DNA of 64,000 nt, from NCBI GenBank assembly GCA_009103225.1, contig RHPI01003422.1, forward strand, positions 63,691 through 127,690, in the 5' to 3' direction. The notes beneath the pieces were generated by a model. That model ran no database searches. It was not told the DNA's origin and saw nothing but the letters and a program-made list of their open reading frames with translations. Below are positions 1 through 14,749 of this stretch, piece by piece. Position 1 is the stretch's first letter, and each line of letters starts with the position of its first letter. A program made the translations under genes and the position numbers. The stretch is from Chlorokybus atmophyticus. Its lineage: Eukaryota; Plantae; Mesostigma and Chlorokybus algae.

Positions 1-3000
1 TGCATACATATTACATTGAAGTGCACAACCTCCATAGACCAAACACTATCCATGCATAGCACTGCATTGCAACGATCATATCCATTATGGACTATATTAC
101 ACAGTCAGGTGATTAGTGCAATGAGCAAGTCTCAAATGTACAACGTCTGTCGGATAGCTGTGTACGCTTGCTGTGCTAGCACTACTTTTGGTCATCATGC
201 ATTGTTGTTTGGCCATCCACTACATCGTAGATATGGCATTTTATGTGGGGTTGAAAACGTCTTTGCTGGTTGAGCACCAACTACTAAAACAATTTGTGAG
301 ATGCCACACGTACGTGTTCAAAAACTATCCATGAAACCATCTATATGTTTGGTAGATGAGACATGAATAATTGCGGACTTCATTGTCAAATCCGCCCTAA
401 GCATGACTTAGAGATACAAAACCTTCCAACATTAATAAATAGCTGTTTTATGTAAATCATATTGATCCAATTATGTTAAGTGGTATGCGACAATCAACTT
501 ACAATTGTAGTTAGCATTTATCCAACACCCATGTCAACGACAATAGTCCGATTGTCGAGCATGTTAAAGTTCAGCGTAAGCATCTGAAGAAAAAGTTGTA
601 AACCTGGTAGTGAGCGCGCACAATTACATAATGACTCGTGCTGAAGAGCTGTGCCATCTATCTCTTTATCATGTTATATATTCAAACACACACCTCAGCT
701 GTAAATAGCTTTAATTGTGAAGTAATGGAAAACCATATGCGAACATGCGCGTAAGGGCGAGATGTCAGCTCCAACGATACCATGGAGTGAGAGTTGATGA
801 AATGTTGAGATTGAGATAAATGTGGTTGTACGCCCTATATGATGGCGTTGAAGGCGGTGGTAATGATGGTGGTTGTGGACATGCTTAGCTATTCACTGAC
901 ATCAAACTCAATTGCTGACATTCCCACCACTTATGCACCAAAAGTATCAGCACAAGTAAAGAACAAATGGGTGGCAATTGTCGCAATGCCAAACCGGCTT
1001 TTGAGACCATCAAGCCTGACATAGTTTATGTCCACAACAATTATCTACAAATATAGCGAACAGGAATTGCCACGGCGCCTTGCGACTCAAACCCTAACTC
1101 AGCTAGATATGAAAGCCTCACTTATGCTGCATCGCTACCATACTGTATAGTTTGTACATTCTCAGCAGGATCGCTCAGTTGCACATGTGCGCCTCCGCTT
1201 ATGCTTGACGAGGTCGGCCTCGTTTTTTAGCGGCGGTAGCGAGCGACAAGCAGGCAAGTGTGGCTATGGGTTGGCTTGGTGAGCTCTAGCACCATCAGCA
1301 CCTTTCGATTGGACTTCACTTCACACTACACCAATTGTTAATGGTAATGAGCTTGAAGATTGCCTCCCTCGCATGCTTAGAATAACATGGAGAGTGACAA
1401 GCAATCTGCGGACTTGCTAGGAGCCTCCGCTCACTATTGGCGAGGGCAACTACCCTACCTACAAGCGGCGGTGGAGAGCGACAAACAAGCAGGCAGGTAC
1501 ACCTACACCCGCGCGGGTTGCTTTGCTGACGTGCGCTTTCATCCTGCCTTTCGTTAGAGCCCTGCAACCTACTAATTTGTGGTGGTTATACTATTAGCAC
1601 CGATTTGCCTGTTGCCCATGCTCACATGCAACTTTCAATGTCGTTGTGGATGCCGTGCTGATACCTAGGCCTTTATAGTACTTTTCAACTGCATTTGCGT
1701 CTTCTTATACCCGTGCACGCAGTGTGAGCACTGCATGGCCTGTTCCTCACATGATTTGAGTTTACACAATGTAAACCCACCCTTCAGCCAAACCGTGTTC
1801 AACAGCGCACAGTGGCTCAGCTCTAATTGCTTGGCGTGGGCAGCTCGCCTCAGACAAGCGACGGTGGGGAGCAACAAGTTGGCACGTGTGCCGGTTGGGT
1901 TATATTCGCTCTACATCAGTGCATTGCAATGCTTAACTAACAATGACTTTTGATGTTGCATACGCGTGACGCATTCGCGCTGTTCATCATTAATTGCCTC
2001 GCGCATACGCATACGCACATGCTGTAGTTCAAGGCTTTGCTAAAAGAACAGGGCCGCAAGTAATCGATCATAGCTTGCACTTTGTATCTTGGAGCTTGGA
2101 ATTATTCCAACCCCGCGCTTTCAAAGCAAGCTTGAGGCAATATATATCTACGGTTGCCACGTTTAACGTGCAAACTTTACATTAAAGTAATTTTGGTGTA
2201 ACAGGTCACATAAGCACATGTGTTCTTATGTGTGAATGTTGTTTGCAAACAAACGCGCACACATCATAAAACAACGATTCAATCTATGTAAAATGAAACA
2301 AAAGTCAACATCATGCTATAACTTTATTATTACTATTATTATAACTATATTTTTACATGGTAATCATATTTGCTTTCAGTGCCTACCTTATGGTAATACC
2401 ATCTACACAAACAAAAGCTGTGCTGATACCCCGAAGCGTTAGGCCATTATTGCTGCATTAAAGTTAAAATGTAAATACTTTGCCGCTTATATATACTATA
2501 CATAGTTAGTAACCAATTGCAACGTTTTTTAATATGGTCATTGAATATTTTCGCATTGCAGCTTTAATCTTCTCTTTCAATACAATTATATTGGATTGAA
2601 AATGTAAACACATGTGTCTCGAATTTCAATACCCGATTTGTGAAGGTTGTGTCATAGCGTGTTCCGCATCATGACCTTCTCTTGCCATGTCGCGACATGG
2701 CTAATGACGCCGACAAAATGGTTACATACAGTATAAGCTGATTATCAACTTGGCGCTTGCTTAGAACCGTATTATGCGTATGGAATCATGCCATTACATA
2801 CTATAAGTAAATATTGCTCTCACTTAAGCGGAAAGAGGCGTCTCTTAAAGTTTAATCAGCATATAACATGTAAGGTTGCCATTTTTTCAATGTGTATTTT
2901 GGACCATAATGGTGTTAATAAGATCGTAATGTTGCATCATTTTGTTGGACTCCACACTGGGTAAAACACTGCTTATCGTTGCAATGCTGAAACGCTGCAC

Positions 3001-6000
3001 GTGAGCAATCTAAGGTCAACACACGAACTATAGTTATATGCCAAGTAGATTTGAAGTGTTTGTCAAAGTTTGGAGACGGAGCAAAACAAGTTGCGCCGCG
3101 CTTCAATGGCATTAACATTGCAGATGACGGTGACATTACCATGAACGATAAGTGCGAACTGATGGCGGCAACGCGCATGCAAATGATCATATTGTCAAGT
3201 CAGCAAAGTTAACATGAGTTTGCATGTTGTTGCTTATTTTTGGAATGGTGGAACAACATGCACACTCATAAGTAAAGTGTACAAGGCTTGCAAATCTATT
3301 TACGTTTATACTACAAACAGCTAGTAGCGGCGCACAAAGACCTATTGGGATTGAAAATTAAGACAGGAAGCACCATGTGGCAGGAGGATGCTTCTTCATT
3401 GATAAACAACAGTCTTCATAACTGCACACCACGGTGTCACTTGCGCCATCATACATACAACTAGCCAGTCACATGTATGCGTAGTGTAACACTTATCCAC
3501 TACATTTTAAGTGCTAAAACGATGCAATACCGCCACATCTGCAAGTTCTACCCTTTGTCTGAAGCTATAGTACACCACAAGTACCATACACATACTATGT
3601 GTAGTACAACAAGTATTGTACAAAGACATTAGACAACGTTATAGGCATAACTGAATGACCAACATTGCAAGTTACATGTACACCTTCACATACCCAAGCA
3701 CCTCTTTATAGCTGCAAAACCTTCCATAATTAAGTTCTCGTTGGCATATATCGCTCGCAAGTATGGCACATTACATAAAAACTTACAGGTGGCTTCAATC
3801 TCCTTACCAGTTGTTTCGGTAACGAAGGGACCAGAGTGTTCCGCATATTAAATGATTGCATCAGCCATGGACACAAATTGTTCAGGTGGCATGGAGAAGA
3901 GCAATGCTATAGTTTTGATGCGTGAAGGTGCAGTGTCTAGATGTGTTAGAATTGGCCGCGCCGAGGCACGGTGGTGGGGTCCTCCTGTGCTAGCCGTCGC
4001 TGCCAAAGACGCTACAACCAAGTTGAGGACTTAATTGCGGTGCCACTAGGCCAAGGCCCTTTGATGTTGCCAAATCGGACAACGCTCGGGGGCCTAATGA
4101 CATCGCCATGCTGGCCTTTACGCCTTTTGTAACACTAGCCGTAAGACTGACCTTCAACTTCTTCTCAAGCTTTGCCATTACCTCGTTCAACCGTTCCTCA
4201 AGCCTCTTCTCCATCTCGTTGTTCGCCATGTCTGAGCGTGACCGTTAATCAATGGCAATGTGCCGCTTTTGAGCTTAATGATCAGGAGGCTTTCTGCCTC
4301 GACAATCTGCATAGCTGACTTGTTTGGCGGTAGATTGCTTGGGTCTATCTGTTCAAGCTCTAAGTAGCGGATCGCCTCAATATCAAAGGCATGTTTTAGA
4401 GTTTGTGCAACTGATCAATGCTTGTTGGGTTAAGGCTTTGCCACGCTTCCGCTTCCGCTTCCTAATCCTAATGTCAAATGGCACCAAGTTGTGCAGGCAA
4501 ACCTCCTGTATACTCCCTGCATCCATCTGCAATTTGTCAACGCAAAAGTATTGGGCTAGTAGACAACCATCTATCCTTTTTAGAAAAGCGACCTTGGAAT
4601 GCAATGTGCAGCTCATGCACTACGTGTCCATATGCCCGTGCCTTTAAACGTGAGGAATTGTGCACAGAAGGTGACAATGCAACCGCAAAAGTGATTGTTA
4701 TGCAGGGCGCTGGCAATGATAGCAAGCAATACTTCAACCCACATACCTGCATCCGTGTCGCCTCGCCGCCGCTGGTAGAAGAGCGTGCATAGCTGCGGAA
4801 GAAGAGCGGACACTGCGTGCACAGATGAATAACTCGTTGACAAACAAAGTGTTGTGTTCAAACCATAATTCAGCATGGGGGCATGAGTTGCCGCGGACTA
4901 TTGACTTCCCGAGGCCCAAACTTCAATTGAGCAATGAATTGGTGCACATGGTTAAAGTATAGCAGGCTATGATAACACCATAAGCTCAAAGCTTACGATA
5001 AGATGTTTAAAACAAATCTGTACTTACGTAGACACATCACCACCACCTTTCAATTGGGATCAAATTGATTGCAAGTACAAGTGCATGGGTATGTGTAATC
5101 AGTTTTGCGCTAATGTTTCAACGGGTGCGCAACATGATGTGGTGAGGATATCAGCATATTACATTGAGCCCTTGAGTAGACCGATGTTGTATAGACATCA
5201 TAATAAAGCAATAATCATACACATGATATGTATAAATTAATCATATATGCCTTCAATCATGTATAAACATTGTGGACATGATGTGGATACCCCTTCATTT
5301 TGATATATTTAAGAAAAATAATATGTAGAAACATACATAAATTGTAATTATGATTGTAATTATAATTATATACTTATCCATGTACCACTCTACACTGTTG
5401 ATACCACCACCACTTTTAGCATTATATTGAACATTAAATGTGCTTATTACAACCCGCTGAGTTCAAGTTTCACAAGGATTATTGAGCTTGCTAATTTCGC
5501 TACTTTACACGCTCGTGAAAAGAGCTCTAGCAACATTGTACAAAATTAGAGGTAAACGAATAGTTAAGCCATGGCCAAAGCTTATGTGATTATTGGCAAA
5601 TTATCAAGGCTTGTGCGTTTGTTACTGTAATTTATCTTACGTGTGTAGTTTGTGCTTGAAGGGTGCATGCATAGCATGACAATTGTTTAAGCACATCCGG
5701 CACGTTGAGACAATGATCATTTCAAGCATAACATAAGCACACACAGAATCTGTACCGCATCTCATTGAAGCATCTGGGCATGTTCATAAACACCAAGTCA
5801 ACATGTGTGCACAGCAACATGACATATCATGGGACTTTTACGCACATACATTCATGTGCAATATACGCAAACATGCGTACATAATCATCGGGTGTAGCAA
5901 CCAATGCCACAAGATGAGCTTTGAATTTGGTGATATACTCATTCACTCACGTGCATCATACCATTGCCTATGCACATAGTATTGGAATCTAGGATGAAAC

Positions 6001-6912
6001 ACTCTATGCCAAGCGCGAAAACAAAACACCCACAGCTTGCACGCTTACACTTAGTTTGAGCCAATCACTCATTGACGTTGATGTTAGTAGCCGTTGTACA
6101 TACACCTTTGTAAGGTATTCTGTTTGTATTGTTTTATCCATTAACAAGTCTGGAACGTGAATGTGCTTGCCTTTAACAAGGTTTGCACACAAGTTGTGTC
6201 GCTAGGTTGATACAAGTAGCTATATACAATATCTTAAACTTGAAGTTGTACAATTAATGTTGTATCCTGCACTTGAAGTCAACAACCTTATATATCTGCC
6301 ATTGTTTTTGTGTAATTGTTGCCATCATTCAACCAATTGTAGCCATGCCACAATTCACGACTGTTTGCAACAATTAACAAAATCCACAACCTTTATGTAA
6401 AGGCTTGGCTACGACCAACGCAAGGCATAAGAAGTCTTCAGCCGTGCATGTCAACGGCAACTCACCAGCTATGGCTGAATGCTGAGCAAATTTGCTGCGT
6501 GTAGCAGTCTTGCGAAATCGGTTATGCAAGGAAATGCAAAAAAAGGCAGCGATCTCATACCGTGATCACTGTAACAGAACCCCTTATAGACTCCTAGGCT
6601 AAGCTTGCATACACGCTGACTTGCACTCCGCAACACTCAGCAGCAGTCAACAAGGGACTTCAAAATGCTGTCGTAGCTGAGTGCAACATCCTGCAATAAG
6701 GCACACCTGCAGCTCCAAATGACTACAGTGATCAACATGCGATCTTGTGCTGTGCTTGAGAGAGTTATTGTCAAGCCATCACCATGTTACTGACACAGCG
6801 CAGACGCAACATTCAAACAGCATGCGAAGCACACACAATATTAGCGACAATCGCTATCCATTACTGGCGTGCAAATACAACCGGTCATGTTGTCCAAAGA
6901 AAAAGGTTTCCC

Positions 6913-8163
6913 TTATATCTGCGCTGACTCGGTGACGGGGAACTCGAAGACAACATCCTTGCCTGTGAGGCGCTTGTATACGCCTCCGAATGTCTCGAGC
7001 TTGTTCTCTGCGGAGGTGCGGTCCTTGGGGTCAAGGTAGACCTTCATGAGCTTTGAGCCGTCGAGCTTGTAGCGCCAGCGCCGGCCGACAATCTCTGTTG
7101 GGTACACCAGGTCCTCCATCAGCGAATCATGCACGGCCGTCAGCGTACGCGAGCGCGGCCGCTGCGTGCGGGAGTTCTTGCGCGGAGGCTTCATAATGCG
7201 CCTGCTCGCAACCACAACAACATCCTGCGCAGCATGGGATGGCTGAGTTACACAATGCAAAACCAGATGTACACGAGACTACACAGTTGTAGAGCTATAC
7301 AGGGAAAGCATTGGACTATGACACGTCAACTTGATGGCACAGTAAATCGCAAACATTAATGCACTGTTGCACACGTCAACGATGCATAGAGTCAACGCTG
7401 CATTGTTGGTCAAGCGTTTATGGCTGACGTGCTTGTGCGACAACCCTGCTCGCACACAGCATGAAGCCAGTAACAAAAACGATGCTGACAGTGTCTGCAT
7501 GAGCTATTCAAGTAGATGAGCTGCATACATGCTAACGCAAAGCACACAAGTCTGTTTGGAAGCACTTAGGGGACAGCATCACACTATGTTGCTGCTGACT
7601 GTCAGATGCATTCGACTGCAACTACAATGCCAATGCGACACATTTCGCACCTTGCCGGCAAACTTCTTCTCGAGCTCACGGACGAGCCTGGTCTGGAACT
7701 TCTTGAACTGCTTGTGAAGGCGGAAGGGCACCCAGACAACCACGCAGGTGCGGCTGCCGACTTGCACCTCCTTCGCAGCATTGATGAACAGGTCCTTCAG
7801 GTCCGCCTTCAGCTCTGCATTTGTCTGCTCCAAATCGAAAAGTGCCTGCACACACAACGCAAATTCGCACACGACAGAGACACACATTCGGCAGAGTGGC
7901 ATACATCAATGCGGCGCTATGGTAGCAGCTGGTGGAAGCAAGCACTGCTTCGCGGCTACAGCAGCAGGAAATGTCACAGGTGACTGTCGGTGATCATGAA
8001 CGTATGATCGCGGGACGAAGATGAATGCGTCTGTGGCGACAATAATTATCATGACACCAAGCACATGGCCAAGCAGCAGCCTGACCTGCCCGACGGACTC
8101 CTCAAACTCGTCTGGCTCGGCTCCCTTCTCCTTGATGATCTTCTTCCGCCCCGTCAGCGACAT
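6913..8163 (-). CDS. RPS7: 40S ribosomal protein S7 (eS7), 3 exons (8163-8086, 7845-7651, 7224-6913), 194 aa
   Basis: The spliced product reads [26 protein letters not shown]|[27 protein letters not shown]...[14 protein letters not shown]|[14 protein letters not shown]...[21 protein letters not shown]...[11 protein letters not shown]. These are canonical eS7 motifs, with GT-AG phase-0 introns. Confidence 0.97.
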
Positions 8164-8290
8164 GTTTGTGAATCAGGCGACGCCAAGGGACAATCGACCA
8201 GCCTCTCTCCTTGCCCTCCTCCTGGCCGTCCTCCTTTCCCCGCACCGCCGCCGCCGCCGCCCCTCACCGAGCGCGCGGCCAAAGAGACCC

Positions 8291-8364
8291 AAACCCTAGC
8301 GGCGGCGCCAGTTTCACCCGAGACAGAAACATCGTGTACGCCGCTGCGCCATGAATTAGGGTTT
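8291..8364. promoter_or_regulatory. Two teloboxes (AAACCCTA at 8291-8298; TAGGGTTT at 8357-8364) in the RPS7/syntaxin divergent promoter
   Basis: Exact motif matches 130-200 bp upstream of the RPS7 ATG. Teloboxes are established elements of plant ribosomal-protein promoters. Confidence 0.6.
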
Positions 8365-8657
8365 GTTTCTGCGAGCAAGACCGCACGCTGTACGCCGCTG
8401 CCGTGAACAGAGCGAATGAGCAAGCAAGCGAATAAACGGCAATAAAATAAGTGTAACATTTTGGGCACGTCAACACAGCGGCGGCGACCGGGGTGGCATT
8501 GCCGGGGTGGGAGGTTGAGGCCTGTGACTCTGGCCTGTGCGTCGTGGGTGCTTCGCCGATTGGTGCTTGTCGCCATCGTCGCCGCCGCTCTCGGAGGGGT
8601 GTTTGAGGGAGGGTTGAACCTTTTTGCTGCTCCCGCCGCCAACCGGCCACCTGCGCG

Positions 8658-8688
<31 letters not shown>

Positions 8689-8692
8689 CAGA

Positions 8693-10664
8693 ATGTCTAA
8701 CGACTTGCTGGTAAGTGACAGTCATGTCGCTCTGTTGTGTGCCCTGTCCATGCTTGTGTCTGCTTCTTGCCAGTTCTTTTACCTCGCCTGCTGCCCCCTT
8801 GCATTGCATTGTCAAGCAGCTGAGCTGCAGGCTTTTAGCGCCATTGGCCTGACCAGCACAGACCAATAGCAATGTACATGCATTGCATGGCATGCATGCA
8901 TTGACATGATTGACATAAGCAGCTAATGCACGCGAGCACGTTCTGTTACAGGTGTTTCACTTTTAGTCTCTACTACAAGTGCTCTTGTTTGCTTGCAACG
9001 CCCATGCCAACTGGAACGCACGTCATCTATTTACCCCTGCATTGCACATACAGATTTTGCATCAATCTGAAGTGCAACTGCTGTAGTTTCTTGGCTTGGC
9101 AACTTGACACACATGCAAGCAAGCTTACACCCTGTCATCCAGCACCATCGTTCACCACAACCACACATTAAGCTACTCACAAGTTACCTATGCTATCGCC
9201 CTCAGAACACGCTACCACATCACGCTACCCTCTTTGATCCTCATCATCTTTGTGTGTGTGACCATCAACAATGCAGGGCGGTGGCAGCGGTTATCAGGAT
9301 GGCATTGGTCGTTTCAAGACGGTTGGCGAAGACGTTGAGGCCGGTCCGGGTGCTGAAGCTGTATCTGGTGTTGGCGCGAGCGGTGACGCGGCCATGCAGG
9401 GTTTCTTCGACGAGGTGTCGGCCATCAAGAACGAGATGGCGAGCATAAGACGACACCTGCACAAGCTGCAGGACGCAAACGAGGAGTCCAAAGCCGTCAC
9501 GTCCGCGGCACGAATGAAAGGTGGGGAGTGTTGTGAGGTTAGTTTGTTGGTCTGGGTATGGTTAAAAGTTACAGGTTGGTTGTGTACTGTTTGACATGCG
9601 GGTGTGCTTTCTGTCTGTGTTCTTGTGCATGTGCATGTGCGTACTGATAACAACAACGACAACAACAGAGATAAGGGAGCGTATGGAGCGGGAGATTGAT
9701 GAGGTCAGCAGGAATGCTGCCGACATCAAGAGGAAGTTAGAAAATCTCGACAAGGCGGTATGCATAGTCATCAGCATCGCATTCGTTATCAGTCACATTA
9801 TTGCTGTTGTGTCCTCGATCTCATCGTGTTTGACTTTGCAGAATGCTGAGGCGAGGAAGCAGGCGGGTTGTGGCGAAGGCACCTCACAGGACCGCACGCG
9901 GACGGCCCTCACAGCGTAAGAGACACAACATGTTGCAGATGTGCATCGTACTCATGCACGCACAGGCGCACAAGCATACGCACGCATATATATGTACATG
10001 CATTCATATACGAACACGCGCGTGCTTGTACCCACGCGCACGAATGCACATGCCTGCACCTGCGTTTGCACGCGTGCATATACACTCACACATGCAAGAG
10101 CACCTGCGCCCGCATCCGCATGTGCATGCTCACATGCTGCGCCTGCGCAGGAGTTTGCGTAAGAAGCTGAAGGAGCTGATGGACGACTTCAACGACCTCC
10201 GTCAGCGTTTCCAGGACGAGTACAAGGAGGTCGTCGAGCGTCGCTACCGCACCGTGACGGGTCGCAAGCCGGACGAGGACACGTTGGAGCAACTCATCGA
10301 GACGGGAGAGAGCGAGCAGATATTCAAGAAGGCCATCCTCGAACAGGGCCGCGGCCACGTGTTGGAAACTGTGGCAGAAATCCAAGAGAGACACGACGCC
10401 ATCAGAGACTTGGAAAGGAAGCTACTCGAGCTTCATCAGATTTTCTTGGATATGGCTGTGCTCGTGGAGGCGCAGGGAGACCTGCTGGACAACATCGAGG
10501 CGCAGGTGGCGAAGAGTGTGGACTACGTGGAGCAGGCGACGAAGCACCTCACGCGCGCCAAAGCGTTCCAGAAGAGTTACAGGAAGTGGCTCTGCTGCGC
10601 CATCATCATACTACTCATCATCATTATCGTCATCGTGGTCGCCGTCATCAGACCATGGAAATAG
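8693..10664 (+). CDS. SYP13: Qa-SNARE syntaxin, plant SYP1 (SYP13-like), 5 exons (8693-8710, 9277-9520, 9669-9757, 9842-9915, 10151-10664)
   Basis: MSNDLL N-terminus; Habc helices ([39 protein letters not shown]); SNARE motif ([40 protein letters not shown]); C-terminal TM ([25 protein letters not shown]). Intron phases are consistent. Confidence 0.95.
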
Positions 10665-11143
10665 AGATGTCATCGTGCGTTGAGCGTGTACACGATGTGT
10701 AAGTTGTCTTATGTCACACGTTGGGCTGTCTAAGGTCGCTTTGTCATGTGGTCGATGCCAGAGTGATGCAGTCTATACTTTGTGTGCGATATGCACTGAT
10801 TACATGTTGAGGGTTCTTCAACATGAGGTGCATACTTCTTAGCAGGAAATCCCACAGTACAACAGACTCACATTGCGTCTCATCAAGCACCCACTTTGTC
10901 AAAACACAGTTGACACAACCCCATAACTATCCTTACCGTTTCCCAATGCGTATACATAGTAGCTTATCAGTGTGCCATGTGTACAAATAGTAGCTCATCT
11001 CTTTGCAAACCCGTCACATGACAAAACCACACACCCACACGGCGAGGGCCACACAGCCCGCAATTGCACCCTTCATGGAGTGCACCACCCAGTCACCCAG
11101 TCAGCCACCAGCACAACAGTAGGCAACAACCACAACCACACTA

Positions 11144-13676
11144 TCACTGTACATCAGCAGCTTGAAGCTGCTCGTGTGGCGTCCTTTTCTCTTCTCTCAA
11201 TTTCATCTTCAGCGCTCTATCAAACCTATTCACCGACATCACGCTCTCGACAAGGAGCAGCCCTTGCGCTACACCGAACAAAAGCGTGACAGCGTAGTAG
11301 AAGTTGGCGTTGCCAACATACTGATTCACCCACATGTGGTGCAGGATGGGACCCAAAAGCGTGGTATAAACGAACAAGTTGGCGATGACAAAGCCAAGGC
11401 CAAGACCGAAATCAGCGAAGCTGGCTGATATCACAGGCAGCAGGGCAATATACTGCGCCGTATCGGCGATAGACGGATACGGCTGCAGCACTGATATCAA
11501 ACCTGATATGAGATACGCCAAAAACAAAGGCCGGTGTCGATATCGGATCGCCAATGGCGATAACATAATAGGCCCAATCGCTTGAAAAACAAACAGGAAG
11601 AATGGTCGGAAGTGATCGAACATCTCCGTGAAGAAGTACCAGTACAAGCCTTGGTTGGGTGTTATGTCCTCAACAGATATTATGAAGCCATAACAGCCCT
11701 TTAGGAATGGATATAAACCCCCGTGGCTGCGTAACGCCAGCGCGGAGAGCAATATCAGCGCCACGCACCAGGTGATGAAGAGGAGTAATACATGTAGAGT
11801 TGTTTTGGTATTTGTCGGGCGGGGTTCTGTACTTGGCGTGTCCAGCCCACTCGAAAGCAGCAATAGAACCTGTAGCATATGCAGCACAGCATTAATTACT
11901 GAAGCAAACACTTTATGGAATGCGCGTGTGCACGTGTGGACATGAGAGTGCGCGTGCGTGCGCATGTACAATGACTGACATACGCACACCTCTCACCATG
12001 TGTTTGTGTGCATGTGCATATGAGCGCACGCGTTGCATAACACATACACGAACGCACGCACACACGGTCTCAAGCGACTTCAGACATGTATATCTTGTGT
12101 GACCCGACGTACACCCTTTGATGATTATGGTTTGCACGCACAGACGATTGTGCCTGCAAACCAACTCAAGAGTTGCTTGACTATGAGACATACTTCAGCC
12201 ATCCATACCGGTACGATAAGCAGTATCGGATGAAGAGACAAATAACCCGCAACAGCCACACCAAATGTCGCCAAGGCCACATCACCTGTGACACGAATCA
12301 ACCAAACCAGTTACAAACACAACTTTACTATAACAAAACAGTACACGCGCCCACCTGATGCGGCGGCGGCAAGTGCCATAAACACGAAGCCATTAACGAT
12401 TGTGCCGAGGGAGCGCCCGACACAAGACGCGATGGAATAAGGATTGAATAAGAACAGGGCTGCCACCGTGTTGGGATTGGGAGAAGCAGGTGAGTGTCTG
12501 ATACATGCAGTCACACATAGGTGGTGAGAATGATGTTGGGTGGGGTGATGGTGCGATGAAAGTGATGTTGTGAGCGCACCTGTCTTTGTGGTTGTGTTGT
12601 GTGAGCTTTTGGATTATCTGCCAGAGGAAGAGCGCTGAGCAGATGTCCGCAATGATGAAAGGAAGGGTTCTGTCACTCAAAGAACAAGTGCAAGCCCGGC
12701 GTATGTAAATGCATCGCGTGTACAAACACGCGTGTGCACGCATGCACCTGTTCGCACACGCACACAAGCAGCCGAAAGACACAAAACAAACACACACCCA
12801 GCAGGTGTGGTACACATGCACATATATACACGCGCACTTACACCCACAATCACACATGCATGCATGCAAATGCGTGAGTGTGAATGATAGCATGAACACG
12901 TATGCGCACTCATGTACCATCCCACTAACCACACAGTTGTCGCACGCACGCACGCACACACACACAAACGTGCGCGCGCACAGTACACTGCATCCCACAT
13001 GCCACTGCATGTACCTCATGATGCGGCTTGCTGCAGTCGCTTCCATGCCCTCACTGCGTTTCGCCGTTATACACAATAACACCGAGTCAATCGATTGCTT
13101 GCATGCAACCACTGTATCAACAGCAACAACACCCATGTAAAAAGAACAGCCGCGAATGCCAACAGTCACCTAGGAAAGGCTGCCAAAGGTCCGAGCAGTG
13201 TCAACACCAGCGGGGGTGCATGAAAGACCGACCCTGTGTTTGTTTGATTTGTTTACTTGCAAGTGCTTAGGTGTCCACAATGCACAGAAGAAGTAAGCTG
13301 CATTGCGAAAGTGAATAAAGAAGAAGATTACTTAGGCATACATACACTTGCCTGCATAAGGGGACATGCCCAGCTGCATCAGCCTCACACCCTCGTTGAC
13401 TGCAAAACAAATGCAAATGCACAAACATGAACATATACATAAACACACGTTTTACACACAAGCACGCAACACTACTGTAAGGAATGACAGCATCGTTAAC
13501 GAGAGATGGTTTGTCACTTTCTCCTCACCTCTTTTCAGTGCTGTGACAGGAGTGGACACCTCCACCCTGCCCTCCAGCCACCCCCCCACCCCCGCCGCAG
13601 CCGCCGCCACCCTCAGCACCACCGCCGCCACCACCAGGGCGGCGGCGGCGGCGGGAGAGGCCGGCGCCGCCGCCAT
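11144..13676 (-). CDS. PIGU: GPI transamidase subunit PIG-U (Gab1/Cdc91), about 7 exons, including one GC-AG intron (13351-13234)
   Basis: Spliced motifs RVEVSTPVTALKRVNEGVRLMQLGMSPYAGSVFHAPPLVL, LFNPYSIASCVGRS, AGYLSLHPILLIVP, DITPNQGLYWYFFTEMFDHFRPFF and GNANFYYAVTL are characteristic of PIG-U. Confidence 0.93.
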
Positions 13677-14004
13677 GGACAACGACAACGATGTGCAGGG
13701 AAATGTGCCAAACACATTGATAGAAACAGTGCAGCAAAGCTGATATCTGTCAGTCTTTGATAACATTATTTGCGTGGATATCTGTTTCGGTGAGCCTGGC
13801 TGGCGTCGGCGGCAGTGTTGTTGGCGTTGTTGTCGACGGCGGCGTAGTCGTTACAGTTGCCAGGTTGAGAGACATTCTGTTACAGGATTTGTCGTTGTGT
13901 GGTTGTGTGGTTGCGCGCGCACGCACGCACATTCACATACACACGCGCACAATCGAAGGGGAGAGTTGGTTGGTGTTTGGGCGGCACAGCTTCAACACAG
14001 CACG

Positions 14005-14679
14005 ATGAGTTTTGACGGCGGGGACTTCAGAAACCAGGTGACAGAGAGAAGCGCATGTGTGCATGTGGGTGTTATCACGAGAACACATCATACAGCAGCC
14101 TACTCTGTCTGTTTCTCATCCAACAACATCTGTTGATGGTTACACAAAGTTAGGGTTTGTTGTGGTGCGGCAGTCGCATGCGCACGCACGCACGCACGCA
14201 CGCACAATCAACAAAACCAACATAGCATCATACTCTCCTGTATGTGTGCTCGGACGCGTGTGCATGCGCATGACAGTTGATGCAAACAATAAGCGATTAA
14301 CAAGCAAGGGTAATTTTGTCTGTGTTGTATTGATCATGCATGGGTTGTGGTTGCTGCAGGTGCAACAGCAGCTTGCTCTGGACTATGCGCAAGAGTTTTT
14401 CCAGGTATAGTTGCAAACACATACACGAATTATAGACATTGCCACCAGTACACGCATGCACGCACACACGCATGCACATGCGCACAAGCTGAATTTTATA
14501 CAACGTTATGTACACGCGCACAGACGGTTCGCGACAAGTGTTTCTCCAAGTGCATAACCAAACCCGGCTCGTCGATATCTTCCTCGGAAGCCAACTGCAT
14601 CGCCCGCTGCGCAGACCGTTACGTCGACGCCACGCAAGTCATCGCGCAAGCCATCGTGAGCCAAGGCGGCCAACGCTGA
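14005..14679 (+). CDS. TIM13: Mitochondrial small Tim chaperone TIM13, 3 exons
   Basis: MSFDGGDFRNQ|VQQQLALDYAQEFFQ|TVRDKCFSKCITKPGSSISSSEANCIARCADRYVDAT... shows a twin CX3C motif and the TIM13-typical C..KC.TKPGSS..S.E..CI.RC.DRY pattern. Confidence 0.92.
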
Positions 14680-14749
14680 CATGTGGGTATGTGTGGTACC
14701 GACACAACACCATGACGTGGGTATTTCGTGTCGACACAACATACCCGCA

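Noticed and set aside
3300-4950. Possible decayed KDZ/Zisupton-type transposase (fragment ...D*EAEAEAWQSLNP on the minus strand) and ORF 3990-4229
   Set aside because: Only one weak, stop-riddled resemblance to the DGE..E..WS.LN motif; cannot be supported without an HMM search.
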